Assembly: GCA_964016885.1 (NCBI GenBank) | Contig: OZ024749.1 | Span: 20,150,001-20,214,000 of the forward strand | DNA from: Eledone cirrhosa | Lineage: Eukaryota | Reading direction: 5' to 3' | DNA: 64,000 nucleotides | In this document: positions 21,701 through 39,700 of the stretch, in pieces | Numbering within the stretch: the stretch's first letter is position 1 | Layout of the letters: the number at the start of each line of letters is the position of its first letter | Program-made: the position numbers and the translations under genes | Notes under the pieces: model-generated | The model's input: only the letters and a program-made list of their open reading frames with translations | Told to the model about the DNA's origin: nothing | The model's database searches: none

Positions 21701-24700
21701 AGTAACTATATATATACTGTAGCAGTAACTATATATACACTGTATCAGTAACTATATATACACTGTATCAGTAACTCTATATATACTGTATCAGTAACTA
21801 TATATACACTGTATCAGTAACTATATATATACTGTATCAGTAACTATATATATACACTGTATCAGTAACTATATACACTGTATCGGTAACTATATACACT
21901 GTATCAGTAACTATATATATACACTGTATCAGTAACTATATACACACTGTATCAGTAACTATATACACTGTATCAGTAACTATATATACACTGTATCAGT
22001 AACTATATATACACTGTATCAGTAACTATATACACTGTATCAGTAACTATATACACTGTATCAGTAACTATATACACAGTATCAGTAACTATATATACAC
22101 TGTATCAGTAACTATATATACACTGTATCAGTAACTATATACAGTGTATCAGTAACTATATATACACTGTATCAGTAACTATATACATTATATCAGTAAC
22201 TATATATATACACTGTATCAGTAACTATATATACACTGTATCAGTAACTATATATACACTGTATCAGTAACTATATATACACTGTATCAGTAACTATATA
22301 TACACTGTATCAGTAACTATATACACTGTATCAGTAACTATATATACTGTATCAGTAACTATATATACACTGTATCAGTAACTATATATACACTGTATCA
22401 GTAACTATATATACACTGTATCAGTAACTATATACACTGTATCAGTAACTATATATACACTGTATCAGTAATTATATACACTGTATCAGTAACTATATAT
22501 ACACTGTATCAGTAACTATATATACACTGTATCAGTAACTATATACACTGTATTAGTAACTATATACACTGTATCAGTAACTATATATACACTGTATCAG
22601 TAACTATATATACACTGTATCAGTAACTATATACACTGTATCAGTAACTTTATATACAGTATCAGTAACTATATATATACACTGTATCAGTAACTATATA
22701 TACACTGTATCAGTAACTATATGTATACTGTATCAGTAACTATATATACACTGTATCAGTAACTATATATACTGTATCAGTAACTATATATACTGTATCA
22801 GTAACTATATGTACACTGTATCAGTAACTATATATATACTGTATCAGTAACTATATATATACACTGTATCAGTAACTATATATACACTGTATCATTAACT
22901 ATATATACACTGTATCAGTAACTATATATACACTGTATCAGTAACTATATACACTGTATCAGTAACTATATATATACAGTATCAGTAACTATATATAGAC
23001 TGTATCAGTAACTATATATACACTGTATCAGTAACTATATATATACACTGTATCAGTAACTATATATACACTGTATCAGTAACTATATATAGACTGTATC
23101 AGTAACTATATATACACTGTATCAGTAACTATATATATACACTGTATCAGTAACTATATATACACTGTATCAGTAAATATATATACACTGTATCAGTAAC
23201 TATATATACACTGTATCAGTAACTATATACACTGTATCAGTAACTATATATATACTGTATCAGTAACTATATATAGACTGTATCAGTAAATATATATACA
23301 CTGTATCAGTAACTATATATATACTGTATCAGTAACTATATATACACCGTATCAGTAACTATATGCACTGTATCAGTATCTATATACACTGTATCAGTAA
23401 CTATATATATACACTGTATCAGTAACTATATATACACTGTATCAGTAACTATATACACTGTATCAGTATCTATATACACTGTATCAGTAACTATATATAT
23501 ACACTGTATCAGTAACTATATATACACTGTATCAGTAACTATATACACTGTATCAGTAACTATATACACTGTATCAGTAACTATATATACACTGTATCAG
23601 TAACTATATATACACTGTATCAGTAACTATATATACACTGTATCAGTAACTATATACACTGTATCAGTAACTATATACACTGTATCAGTAACTATATATA
23701 CACTGTATCAGTAACTATATATATACACTGTATCAGTAACTATATATATACTGTATCAGTAACTATATATATACTGTATCAGTAACTATATATACACTGT
23801 ATCATTAACTATATATACACTGTATCAGTAGCTATATATACACTGTATCAGTAACTATATACACTGTATCAGTAACTATATATATACTGTATCAGTAACT
23901 ATATATAGACTGTATCAATAACTATATATACACTGTATCAGTAACTATATATATACACTATATCAGTAACTATATATACACTGTATCAGTAACTATATAT
24001 ACACTGTATCAGTAACTATATATAGACTGTATCAGTAACTATATATACACTGTATCAGTAACTATATATATACACTGTATCAGTAACTATATATACACTG
24101 TATCAGTAACTATATATACACTGTATCAGTAACTATATATACACTGTATCAGTAACTATATATAGACTGTATCAGTAACTATATATACACTGTATCAGTA
24201 ACTATATACACTGTATCAGTAACTATATACACTGTATCAGTAACTATATATATACTGTATCAGTAACTATATATAGACTGTATCAGTAACTATATATACA
24301 CTGTATCAGTAACTATATATATACACTGTATCAGTAACTATATATACACTGTATCAGTAACTATATATACACTGTATCAGTAACTATATATACACTGTAT
24401 CAGTAACTATATATAGACTGTATCAGTAACTATATATACACTGTATCAGTAACTATATATATACACTGTATCAGTAAACTATATATACACTGTATCAGTA
24501 ACTATATATACACTGTATCAGTAACTATATATACACTGTATCAGTAACTATATATATACACTGTATCAGTAAACTATATATACACTGTATCAGTAACTAT
24601 ATATAGACTGTATCAGTAACTATATATACACTGTATCAGTAACTATATATATACACTGTATCAGTAAACTATATATACACTGTATCAGTAACTATATATA

Positions 24701-27700
24701 CACTGTATCAGTAACTATATATACACTGTATCAGGAACTATATATACACTGTATCAGTAACTATATACACTGTATCAGTAACTATATATATATACTGTAT
24801 CAGTAACTATATATACACTGTATCAGTAACTATATATACACTGTATCAGTAACTATATATATACACTGTATCAGTAACTATATATACACTGTATCAGGAA
24901 CTATATATACACTGTATCAGTAACTATATACACTGTATCAGTAACTATATATACACTGTATCAGTAACTATATACACTGTATCAGTAACTATATATATAT
25001 ACTGTATCAGTAACTATATATACACTGTATCAGTAACTATATATAGACTGTATCAGTAACTATATATACACTGTATCAGTAACTATATATATACACTGTA
25101 TCAGTAAACTATATATACACTGTATCAGTAACTATATATACACTGTATCAGTAACTATATATACACTGTATCAGTAACTATATATATACACTGTATCAGT
25201 AAACTATATATACACTGTATCAGTAACTATATATAGACTGTATCAGTAACTATATATACACTGTATCAGTAACTATATATATACACTGTATCAGTAAACT
25301 ATATATACACTGTATCAGTAACTATATATACACTGTATCAGTAACTATATATACACTGTATCAGGAACTATATATACACTGTATCAGTAACTATATACAC
25401 TGTATCAGTAACTATATATATATACTGTATCAGTAACTATATATACACTGTATCAGTAACTATATATACACTGTATCAGTAACTATATATATACACTGTA
25501 TCAGTAACTATATATACACTGTATCAGGAACTATATATACACTGTATCAGTAACTATATACACTGTATCAGTAACTATATATACACTGTATCAGTAACTA
25601 TATACACTGTATCAGTAACTATATATATATACTGTATCAGTAACTATATATACACTGTATCAGTAACTATATATACACTGTATCAGTAACTATATATATA
25701 CACTGTATCAGTAACTATATATACACTGTATCAGGAACTATATATACACTGTATCAGTAACTATATACACTGTATCAGTAACTATATACACTGTATCAGT
25801 AACTATATATACACTGTATCAGTAACTATATATATACACTGTATCAGTAACTATATATACACTGTATCAGGAACTATATATACACTGTATCAGTAACTAT
25901 ATACACTGTATCAGTAACTATATATACACTGTATCAGTAACTATATACACTGTATCAGTAACTATATATACACTGTATCAGTACCTATATATACACTGTA
26001 TCAGTAACTATGTACACTGTATCAGTAACTATATATACACTGTATCAGTAACTATATATACACTGTATCAGTAACTATGTACACTGTATCAGTAACTATA
26101 TATACACTGTATCAGTAACTATATACACTGTATCAGTAACTATATACACTGTATCAGTAACTATATATACACTGTATCAGTAACTATATATACTGTATCA
26201 GTAACTATATATACACTGTATCAGTAACTATATATACACTGTATCAGTAACTATATATACTGTATCAGTAACTATATATACTGTATCAGTAACTATATAC
26301 ACTGTATCAGTAACTATATACACTGTATCAGTAACTATATATATACACTGTATCAGTAACTATATACACTGTATCAGTAACTATATATACAATGTATCAG
26401 TAACTATATATACACTGTATCAGTAACTATATACACTGTATCAGTAACTATATATACACTGTATCAGTAACTATATATACACTGTATCAGTAACTATATA
26501 TACACTGTATCAGTAACTATATATACACTGTATCAGTAACTATATATACTGTATCAGTAACTATATATACACTGTATCAGTAACTATATATACACTGTAT
26601 CAGTAACTATATATACTGTATCAGTAACTATATATACACTGTATCAGTAACTATATATACTGTATCAGTAACTATATATATACTGTATCAGTAACTATAT
26701 ATACACTGTATCAGTAACTATATACACTGTATCAGTAACTATATATACACTGTATCAGTAACTATATATACACTGTATCAGTAACTATATATACACTGTA
26801 TCAGTAACTATATACACTGTATCAGTAACTATATATACACTGTATCAGTAACTATATATACACTGTATCAGTAACTATATACACTGTATCAGTAACTATA
26901 TATACACTGTATCAGTAACTATATATACACTGTATCAGTAACTATATACACTGTATCAGTAACTATATATACACTGTATCAGTAACTATATATACACTGT
27001 ATCAGTAACTATATACACTGTATCAGTAACTATATATACACTGTATCAGTAACTATATATACACTGTATCAGTAACTATATACACTGTATCAGTAACTAT
27101 ATATACACTGTATCAGTAACTATATATACACTGTATCAGTAACTATATACACTGTATCAGTAACTATATATACACTGTATCAGTAACTATATATACACTG
27201 TATCAGTAACTATATACACTGTATCAGTAACTATATATACACTGTATCAGTAACTATATATACACTGTATCAGTAACTATATACACTGTATCAGTAACTA
27301 TATATACACTGTATCAGTAACTATGCACACTGTATCAGTAACTATATATACTGTATCAGTAACTATATATACACTGTATCAGTAACTATATATATACTGT
27401 ATCAGTAACTATATATATACTGTATCAGTAACTATATATACACTGTATCAGTAACTATATATATACACTGTATCAGTAACTATATATACTGTATCAGTAA
27501 CTATATATATACTGTATCAGTAACTATATACACTGTATCAGTAACTATATACACTGTATCAGTAACTATATATACACTGTATCAGTAACTATATATACTG
27601 TATCAGTAACTATATATATACTGTATCAGTAACTATATATACACTGTATCAGTAACTATATATACTGTATCAGTAACTATATATATACTGTATCAGTAAC

Positions 27701-30700
27701 TATATATACTGTATCAGTAACTATATACACTGTATCAGTAACTATATATACACTGTATCAGTAACTATATATACACTGTATCAGTAACTATATACACTGT
27801 ATCAGTAACTATATATACACTGTATCAGTAACTATATATACACTGTATCAGTAACTATATATATACTGTATCAGTAACTATATATACACTGTATCAGTAA
27901 CTATATACACTGTATCAGTAACTATATATACACTGTATCAGTAACTATATACACTGTATCAGTAACTATATATACACTGTATCAGTAACTATATATATAC
28001 ACTGTATCAGTAACTATATATATACTGTATCAGTAACTATATATACACTGTATCAGTAACTATGCACACTGTATCAGTAACTATATATACTGTATCAGTA
28101 ACTATATATACACTGTATCAGTAACTATATATATACACTGTATCAGTAACTATATATACTGTATCAGTAACTATATATACATTGTATCAGTAACTATATA
28201 TATACACTGTATCAGTAACTATATATACACTGTATCAGTAACTATATATACACTGTATCAGTAACTATATACACTGTATCAGTAACTATATACACTGTAT
28301 CAGTAACTATATACACTGTATCAGTAACTATATACACTGTATCAGTAACTATGTATACACCGTATCAGTAACTATATATACACTGTATCAGTAACTATAT
28401 ATACACTGTATCAGTAACTATATACACTGTATCAGTAACTATATACACTGTATCAGTAACTATATATACACTGTATCAGTAACTATATATACACTGTATC
28501 AGTAACTATATACACTGTATCAGTAACTATATACACTGTATCAGCAACTATATATACACTGTATCAGTAACTATATATACACTGTATCAGTAACTATATA
28601 CACTGTATCAGTAACTATATACACTGTATCAGTAACTCTATATATACTGTATCAGTAACTATATACACTGTATCAGTAACTATATACACTGTATCAGTAA
28701 CTATGTATACACCGTATCAGTAACTATATATACACTGTATCAGTAACTATATATACACTGTATCAGTAACTATATATACTGTATCAGTAACTATGCACAC
28801 TGTATCAGTAACTATATATACACTGTATCAGTAACTATATATATACACTGTATCAGTAACTATATATACACTGTATCAGTAACTATATATACTGTATCAG
28901 TAACTATATATACACTGTATCAGTAACTATATACACTGTATCAGTAACTATGTATACACCGTATCAGTAACTATATATACACTGTATCAGTAACTATATA
29001 TACACTGTATCAGTAACTATATACACTGTATCAGTAACTATATATACACTGTATCAGTAACTCTATATATACTGTATCAGTAACTATATACACTGTATCA
29101 GTAACTATATACACTGTATCAGTAACTATGTATACACCGTATCAGTAACTATATATACACTGTATCAGTAACTATATATACACTGTATCAGTAACTATAT
29201 ATACTGTATCAGTAACTATATATACACTGTATCAGTAACTATATATACACTGTATCAGTAACTATATACACTGTATCAGTAACTATATATACACTGTATC
29301 AGTAACTATATACACTGTATCAGTAACTATATATACACTGTATCAGTAACTATATATACACTGTATCAGTAACTATATATACACTGTATCAGTAACTATA
29401 TACAGTGTATCAGTAACTATATATACACTGTATCAGTAACTATATATACACTGTATCAGTAACTATATATACACTGTATCAGGAACTATATATACACTGT
29501 ATCAGTAACTATATACACTGTATCAGTAACTATATATATATACTGTATCAGTAACTATATATACACTGTATCAGTAACTATATATACACTGTATCAGTAA
29601 CTATATATACACTGTATCAGTAACTATATATACACTGTATCAGGAACTATATATACACTGTATCAGTAACTATATACACTGTATCAGTAACTATATACAC
29701 TGTATCAGTAACTATATACACTGTATCAGTAACTATATATACACTGTATCAGTAACTATATACACTGTATCAGTAACTATGTACACTGTATCAGTAACTA
29801 TGTACACTGTATCAGTAACTATATATACAGTGTATCAGTAACTATATATACACTGTATCAGTAACTATATATACACTGTATCAGTAACTATATATACACT
29901 GTATCAGTAACTATATATACACTGTATCAGGAACTATATATACACTATATCAGTAACTATATACACTGTATCAGTAACTATATATACACTGTATCAGTAA
30001 CTATATATACACTGTATCAGTAACTATATACACTGTATCAGTAACTATATACACACTGTATCAGTAACTATATACACTGTATCAGTAACTATATACACTG
30101 TATCAGTAACTATATACACTGTATCAGTAACTATATATACACTGTATCAGTAACTATATATACACTGTATCTAACTATATACACTGTATCAGTAACTATA
30201 TACACAGTATCAGTAACTATATACATTGTATCAGTAACTATATATACACTGTATCAGTAACTATATATATACACTGTATCAGTAACTATATACACTGTAT
30301 CAGTAACTATATACACAGTATCAGTAACTATATATACACTGTATCAGTAACTATATATACACTGTATCAGTAACTATATATACACTGTATCAGTAACTAT
30401 ATACACTGTATCAGTAACTATATACACTGTATCAGTAACTATATATACACTGTATCAGTAACTATATATATACACTGTATCAGTAACTATATATACACTG
30501 TATCAGTATCTATATACACAGTATCAGTAACTATATATATACACTGTATCAGTAACTATATATACACTGTATCAGTAACTATATATACACTGTATCAGTA
30601 ACTATATATACACTGTATCAGTAACTACATATACACTGTATCAGTAACTATATACACTGTATCAGTAACTATATATACACTGTATCAGTAACTATATACA

Positions 30701-33700
30701 CTGTATCAGTAACTATATATACACTGTATCAGTAACTATGTATACACTGTATCAGTAACTATATACACAGTATCAGTAACTATATATACACTGTATCAGT
30801 AACTATATATACACTGTATCAGTAACTATATATATACACTGTATCAGTAACTATATGTACACTGTATCAGTAACTATATATACACTGTATCAGTAACTAT
30901 ATATACAATGTATCAGTAACTATATATACACTGTATCAGTAACTATGTATACACTGTATCAGTAACTATATACACTATATCAGTAACTATATATATACAC
31001 TGTATCAGTAACTATATGTACACTGTATCAGTAACTATATATACACTGTATCAGTAACTATATATACAATGTATCAGTAACTATATATACACTGTATCAG
31101 TAACTATGTATACACTGTATCAGTAACTATATACACTGTATCAGTAACTATATATACACTGTATCAGTAACTATATATACACTGTATCAGTAACTATATA
31201 TACACTGTATCAGTAACTATACACACTGTATCAGTAACTATATATACACTGTATCAGTAACTATACACACTGTATCAGTAACTATATATACACTGTATCA
31301 GTAACTATATATATACACTGTATCAGTAACCATACACACTGTATCAGTAACTATATATATACACTGTATCAGTAACCATACACACTGTATCAGTAACTAT
31401 ATATACACTGTATCAGTAACTATATATACACTGTATCAGTAACTATACACACTGTATCAGTAACTATATATACACTGTATCAGTAACTATACACACTGTA
31501 TCAGTAACTATATACACTGTATCAGTAACTATATACACTGTATCAGTAACTATATATACACTGTATCAGTAACTATACACACTGTATCAGTAACTATATA
31601 TACACTGTATCAGTAACTATATATACACTGTATCAGTAACTATATATACACTGTATCAGTAACTATACACACTGTATCAGTAACTATATACACTGTATCA
31701 GTAACTATATACACTGTATCAGTAACTATATATACACTGTATCAGTAACTATACACACTGTATCAGTAACTATATATACACTGTATCAGTAACTATATAT
31801 ACACTGTATCAGTAACTATATATACACTGTATCAGTAACTATACACACTGTATCAGTAACTATATATACACTGTATCAGTAACTATATACACTGTATCAG
31901 TAACTATATACACTGTATCAGTAACTATATATACACTGTATCAGTAACTATACACACTGTATCAGTAACTATATATACACTGTATCAGTAACTATATATA
32001 CACTGTATCAGTAACTATATATACACTGTATCAGTAACTATACACACTGTATCAGTAACTATATACACTGTATCAGTAACTATATACACTGTATCAGTAA
32101 CTATATATACACTGTATCAGTAACTATACACACTGTATCAGTAACTATATATACACTGTATCAGTAACTATATATACACTGTATCAGTAACTATATATAC
32201 ACTGTATCAGTAACTATACACACTGTATCAGTAACTATACACACTGTATCAGTAACTATATATACACTGTATCAGTAACTATATATACACTGTATCAGTA
32301 ACTATATATACACTGTATCAGTAACTATATATACACTGTATCAGTAACTATATATACACTGTATCAGTAACTATATATACACTGTATCAGTAACTATACA
32401 CACTGTATCAGTAACTATATATACACTGTATCAGTAACTATATATACACTGTATCAGTAACTATATATACACTGTATCAGTAACTATACACACTGTATCA
32501 GTAACTATATATACACTGTATCAGTAACTATATATACACTGTATCAGTAACTATATACACTGTATCAGTAACTATATATACACTGTATCAGTAACTATAT
32601 ATACACTGTATCAGTAACTATACACACTGTATCAGTAACTATATATACACTGTATCAGTAACTATATACACTGTATCAGTAACTATATATACACTGTATC
32701 AGTAACTATATATACACTGTATCAGTAACTATATACACTGTATCAGTAACTATATATACACTGTATCAGTAACTATATATACACTGTATCAGTAACTATA
32801 TATACACTGTATCAGTAACTATATATACACTGTATCAGTAACTATATATACACTGTATCAGTAACCATACACACTGTATCAGTAACTATATATACACTGT
32901 ATCAGTAACTATATATACACTGTATCAGTAACTATATATACACTGTATCAGTAACTATATATACACTGTATCAGTAACCATACACACTGTATCAGTAACT
33001 ATATATACACTGTATCAGTAACTATATACACTGTATCAGTAACTATATATACACTGTATCAGTAACTATATATACACTGTATCAGTAACTATATATACAC
33101 TGTATCAGTAACCTATACACACTGTATCAGTAACTATATATACACTGTATCAGTAACCTATACACACTGTATCAGTAACTATATATACACTGTATCAGTA
33201 ACTATATATACACTGTATCAGTAACCATACACACTGTATCAGTAACTATATATACACTGTATCAGTAACCATACACACTGTATCAGTAACTATATATACA
33301 CTGTATCAGTAACTATATATATACTGTATCAGTAACTATATATACACTGTATCAGTAACTATATACACTGTATCAGTAACTATATATACACTGTATCAGT
33401 AACTATATATACACTGTATCAGTAACTATACACACTGTCTGTATCAGTAACTATATATACACTGTATCAGTAACTATATACACTGTATCAGTAACTATAT
33501 ATACTGTATCAGTAACTATATATACACTGTATCAGTAACTATATACACTGTATCAGTAACTATATATACACTGTATCAGTAACCATACACACTGTATCAG
33601 TAACTATACACACTGTATCAGTAACTATATATACACTGTATCAGGAACTATATATACACTGTATCAGTAACTATATACACTGTATCAGTAACTATACACA

Positions 33701-36700
33701 CTGTATCAGTAACTATATATACACTGTATCAGTAACTATATACACTGTATCAGTAACTATATATACACTGTATCAGTAACTATATACACTGTATCAGTAA
33801 CTATATATACACTGTATCAGTAACTATACACACTGTATAAGTAACTATATATACACTGTATCAGTAACTATATATACACTGTATCAGTAACTATATACAC
33901 TGTATCAGTAACTATATATACACTGTATCAGTAACTATATATACACTGTATCAGTAACTATATATACACTGTATCAGTAACTATACACACTGTATCAGTA
34001 ACTATATATACACTGTATCAGTAACTATATATACACTGTATCAGTAACTATATACACTGTATCAGTAACTATATATATACACTGTATCAGTAACTATACA
34101 CACTGTATCAGTAACTATATATACACTGTATCAGTAACTATATATACACTGTATCAGTAACTATATATACACTGTATCAGTAACTATATATACACTGTAT
34201 CAGTAACTATATATACACTGTATCAGTAACTATATATACACTGTATCAGTAACTATATATACACTGTATCAGTAACTATATACACTGTATCAGTAACTAT
34301 ATATATACACTGTATCAGTAACTATACACACTGTATCAGTAACTATATATACACTGTATCAGTAACTATATATACACTGTATCAGTAACTATATACACTG
34401 TATCAGTAACTATATATACACTGTATCAGTAACTATATACACTGTATCAGTAACTATATACACTGTATCAGTAACTATATATATACACTGTATCAGTAAC
34501 TATATACACTGTATCAGTAACTATATATACACTGTATCAGTAACTATATACACTGTATCAGTAACTATATACACTGTATCAGTAACTATATACACTGTAT
34601 CAGTAACTATATACACTGTATCAGTAACTATATATATACACTGTATCAGTAACTATATACACTGTATCAGTAACTATATACACTGTATCAGTAACTATAT
34701 ATACACTGTATCAGTAACTATATACACTGTATCAGTAACTATATACACTGTATCAGTAACTATATATACACTGTATCAGTAACTATATACACTGTATCAG
34801 TAACTATATACACTGTATCAGTAACTATATATACACTGTATCAGTAACTATATATACACTGTATCAGTAACTATATATACACTGTATCAGTAACTATATA
34901 CACTGTATCAGTAACTATATATACACTGTATCAGTAACTATATATACACTGTATCAGTAACTATATACACTGTATCAGTAACTATATATACACTGTATCA
35001 GTAACTATCTACACTGTATCAGTAACTATATATACACTGTATCAGTAACTATATACACTGTATCAGTAACTATATATACACTGTATCAGTAACTATATAT
35101 ACACTGTATCAGTAAACTATATATACACTGTATCAGTAACTATATATACACTGTATCAGTAACTATATATACACTGTATCAGTAAACTATATATACACTG
35201 TATCAGTAACTATATATACACTGTATCAGTAACTATATATACACCTGTATCAGTAACTATATATACACTGTATCAGTAACTATATATACACTGTATCAGT
35301 AACTATATATACACTGTATCAGTAACTATATATACACTGTATCAGTAACTATGTACACTGTATCAGTAACTATATACACTGTATCAGTAACTATATATAC
35401 ACTGTATCAGTAACTATATATACACTGTATCAGTAACTATATATACACTGTATCAGTAACTATATATACACTGTATCAGTAACTATATATTCACTGTATC
35501 AGTAACTATATATACACTGTATTCAGTAACTATATACACTGTATCAGTAACTATATACACTGTATCAGTAACTATATATACACTGTATCAGTAACTATAA
35601 ACACTGTATCAGTAACTATATATACACTGTATCAGTAACTATATATACACTGTATCAGTAACTATATACACTGTATCAGTAACTATATATACACTGTATC
35701 AGTAACTATATCACACTGTATCAGTAACTATATATACACTGTATCAGTAACTATATACACTGTATCAGTAACTATATATACACTGTATCAGTAACTATAT
35801 ATACACTGTATCAGTAACTATATATACACTGTATCAGTAACTATAACACTGTATCAGTAACTATATCACACCTGTATCAGTAACTATATATACACTGTAT
35901 CAGTAACTATATATACACTGTATCAGTAACTATATATACACTGTATCAGTAACTATATATACACTGTATCAGTAACTATATACACTGTATCAGTAACTAT
36001 ATATACTGTATCAGTAACTATATATACACTGTATCAGTAACTATATATACACTGTATCAGTAACTATATATACACTGTATCAGTAACTATATATACTGTA
36101 TCAGTAACTATATATACACTGTATCAGTAACTATATATACACTGTATCAGTAACTATATACACTGTATCAGTAACTATATACACTGTATCAGTAACTATA
36201 TATACACTGTATCAGTAACTATATACACTGTATCAGTAACTATATACACACTGTATCAGTAACTATATATACACTGTATCAGTAACTATATATACACTGT
36301 ATCAGTAACTATATATACTGTATCAGTAACTATATATACACTGTATCAGTAACTATATATACACTGTATCAGTAACTATATACACTGTATCAGTAACTAT
36401 ATACACTGTATCAGTAACTATATATACACTGTATCAGTAACTATATACACTGTATCAGTAACTATATATACACTGTATCAGTAACTATATATACACTGTA
36501 TCAGTAACTATATACACTGTATCAGTAACTATATACACTGTATCAGTAACTATATATACTGTATCAGTAACTATATATATACTGTATCAGTAACTATATA
36601 TACACTGTATCAGTAACTATTATATACACTGTATCAGTAACTATATACACTGTATCAGTAACTATATATACATGTATCAGTAACTATATATACACTGTAT

Positions 36701-39700
36701 CAGTAACTATATATACACTGTATCAGTAACTATATACACTGTATCAGTAACTATATATACACTGTATCAGTAACTATATATATACACTGTATCAGTAACT
36801 ATATATACACTGTATCAGTAACTATATATACACTGTATCAGTAACTATATATACACTGTATCAGTAACTATATACACTGTATCAGTAACTATATACACTG
36901 TATCAGTAACTATATATACACTGTATCAGTAACTATTTATATACACTGTATCAGTAACTATATATACACTGTATCAGTAATCTATACTACACTGTATCAG
37001 TAACTATATATATACTGTATCAGTAACTATATATACACTGTATCAGTAACTATATACAATGTATCAGTAACTATATATACACTGTATCAGTAACTATATA
37101 TACACTGTATCAGTAACTATATACACTGTATCAGTAACTATATATACACTGTATCAGTAACTATATACACTGTATCAGTAACTATATATACACTGTATCA
37201 GTAACTATATATACACTGTATCAGTAACTATATACACTGTATCAGTAACTATATATACACTGTATCAGTAACTATATATACACTGTATCAGTAACTATAT
37301 ATACACTGTATCAGTAACTATATATACACTGTATCAGTAACTATATATACACTGTATCAGTAACTATATACACTGTATCAGTAACTATATACACTGTATC
37401 AGTAACTATATATACACTGTATCAGTAACTATATACACTGTATCAGTAACTATATATACACTGTATCAGTAACTATATATACACTGTATCAGTAACTATA
37501 TATACACTGTATCAGTAACTATATATACACTGTATCAGTAACTATATATACACTGTATCAGTAACTATATATACACTGTATCAGTAACTATATATACACT
37601 GTATCAGTAACTATATATACACTGTATCAGTAACTATATATCCACTGTATCAGTAACTATATATACACTGTATCAGTAACTATATATACACTGTATCAGT
37701 AACTATATATACACTGTATCAGTAACTATATATACACTGTATCAGTAACTATATATACACTGTATCAGTAACTATATATACACTGTATCAGTAACTATAT
37801 ATACACTGTATCAGTAACTATATATACACTGTATCAGTAACTATATATACACTGTATCAGTAACTATATATACACTGTATCAGTAACTATATATACACTG
37901 TATCAGTAACTATATATACACTGTATCAGTAACTATATATACACTGTATCAGTAACTATATATACACTGTATCAGTAACTATATATACACTGTATCAGTA
38001 ACTATATATATACACTGTATCAGTAACTATATATACACTGTATCAGTAACTATATATACACTGTATCAGTAACTATATATACACTGTATCAGTAACTATA
38101 TATACACTGTATCAGTAACTATATATACACTGTATCAGTAACTATATATACACTGTATCAGTAACTATATATACACTGTATCAGTAACTATATATACACT
38201 GTATCAGTAACTATATATACACTGTATCAGTAACTATATATACACTGTATCAGTAACTATATATACACTGTATCAGTAACTATATATACACTGTATCAGT
38301 AACTATATATACACTGTATCAGTAACTATATATACACTGTATCAGTAACTATATATACACTGTATCAGTAACTATATATACACTGTATCAGTAACTATAT
38401 ATATACACTGTATCAGTAACTATATATACACTGTATCAGTAACTATATATATACACTGTATCAGTAACTATATATACACTGTATCAGTAACTATATATAC
38501 ACTGTATCAGTAACTATATATACACTGTATCAGTAACTATATATACACTGTATCAGTAACTATATATACACTGTATCAGTAACTATATATACACTGTATC
38601 AGTAACTATATATACACTGTATCAGTAACTATATATACACTGTATCAGTAACTATATACACTGTATCAGTAACTATATATACACTGTATCAGTAACTATA
38701 TATACACTGTATCAGTAACTATATATACACTGTATCAGTAACTATATATACACTGTATCAGTAACTATATATACACTGTATCAGTAACTATATATACACT
38801 GTATCAGTAACTATATACACTGTATCAGTAACTATATATACACTGTATCAGTAACTATATATACACTGTATCAGTAACTATATATACACTGTATCAGTAA
38901 CTATATATACACTGTATCAGTAACTATATATACACTGTATCAGTAACTATATATACTGTATCAGTAACTATATATACACTGTATCAGTAACTATATATAC
39001 ACTGTATCAGTAACTATATATACACTGTATCAGTAACTATATATACACTGTATCAGTAACTATATATACACTGTATCAGTAACTATATATACACTGTATC
39101 AGTAACTATATATACACTGTATCAGTAACTATATATACACTGTATCAGTAACTATATATACACTGTATCAGTAACTATATATACACTGTATCAGTAACTA
39201 TATATACACTGTATCAGTAACTATATATACACTGTATCAGTAACTATATATACACTGTATCAGTAACTATATATATACACTGTATCAGTAACTATATATA
39301 CACTGTATCAGTAACTATATATACACTGTATCAGTAACTATATATACACTGTATCAGTAACTATATATATACTTGTATCAGTAACTATATATACACTGTA
39401 TCAGTAACTATATATACACTGTATCAGTAACTATATATACACTGTATCAGTAACTATATATACACTGTATCAGTAACTATATACACTGTATCAGTAACTA
39501 TATATACACTGTATCAGTAACTATATATACACTGTATCAGTAACTATATATACACTGTATCAGTAACTATATATACACTGTATCAGTAACTATATATACA
39601 CTGTATCAGTAACTATATATACTGTATCAGTAACTATATATACACTTTATCAGTAACTATATATACACTGTATCAGTAACTATATACACTGTATCAGTAA

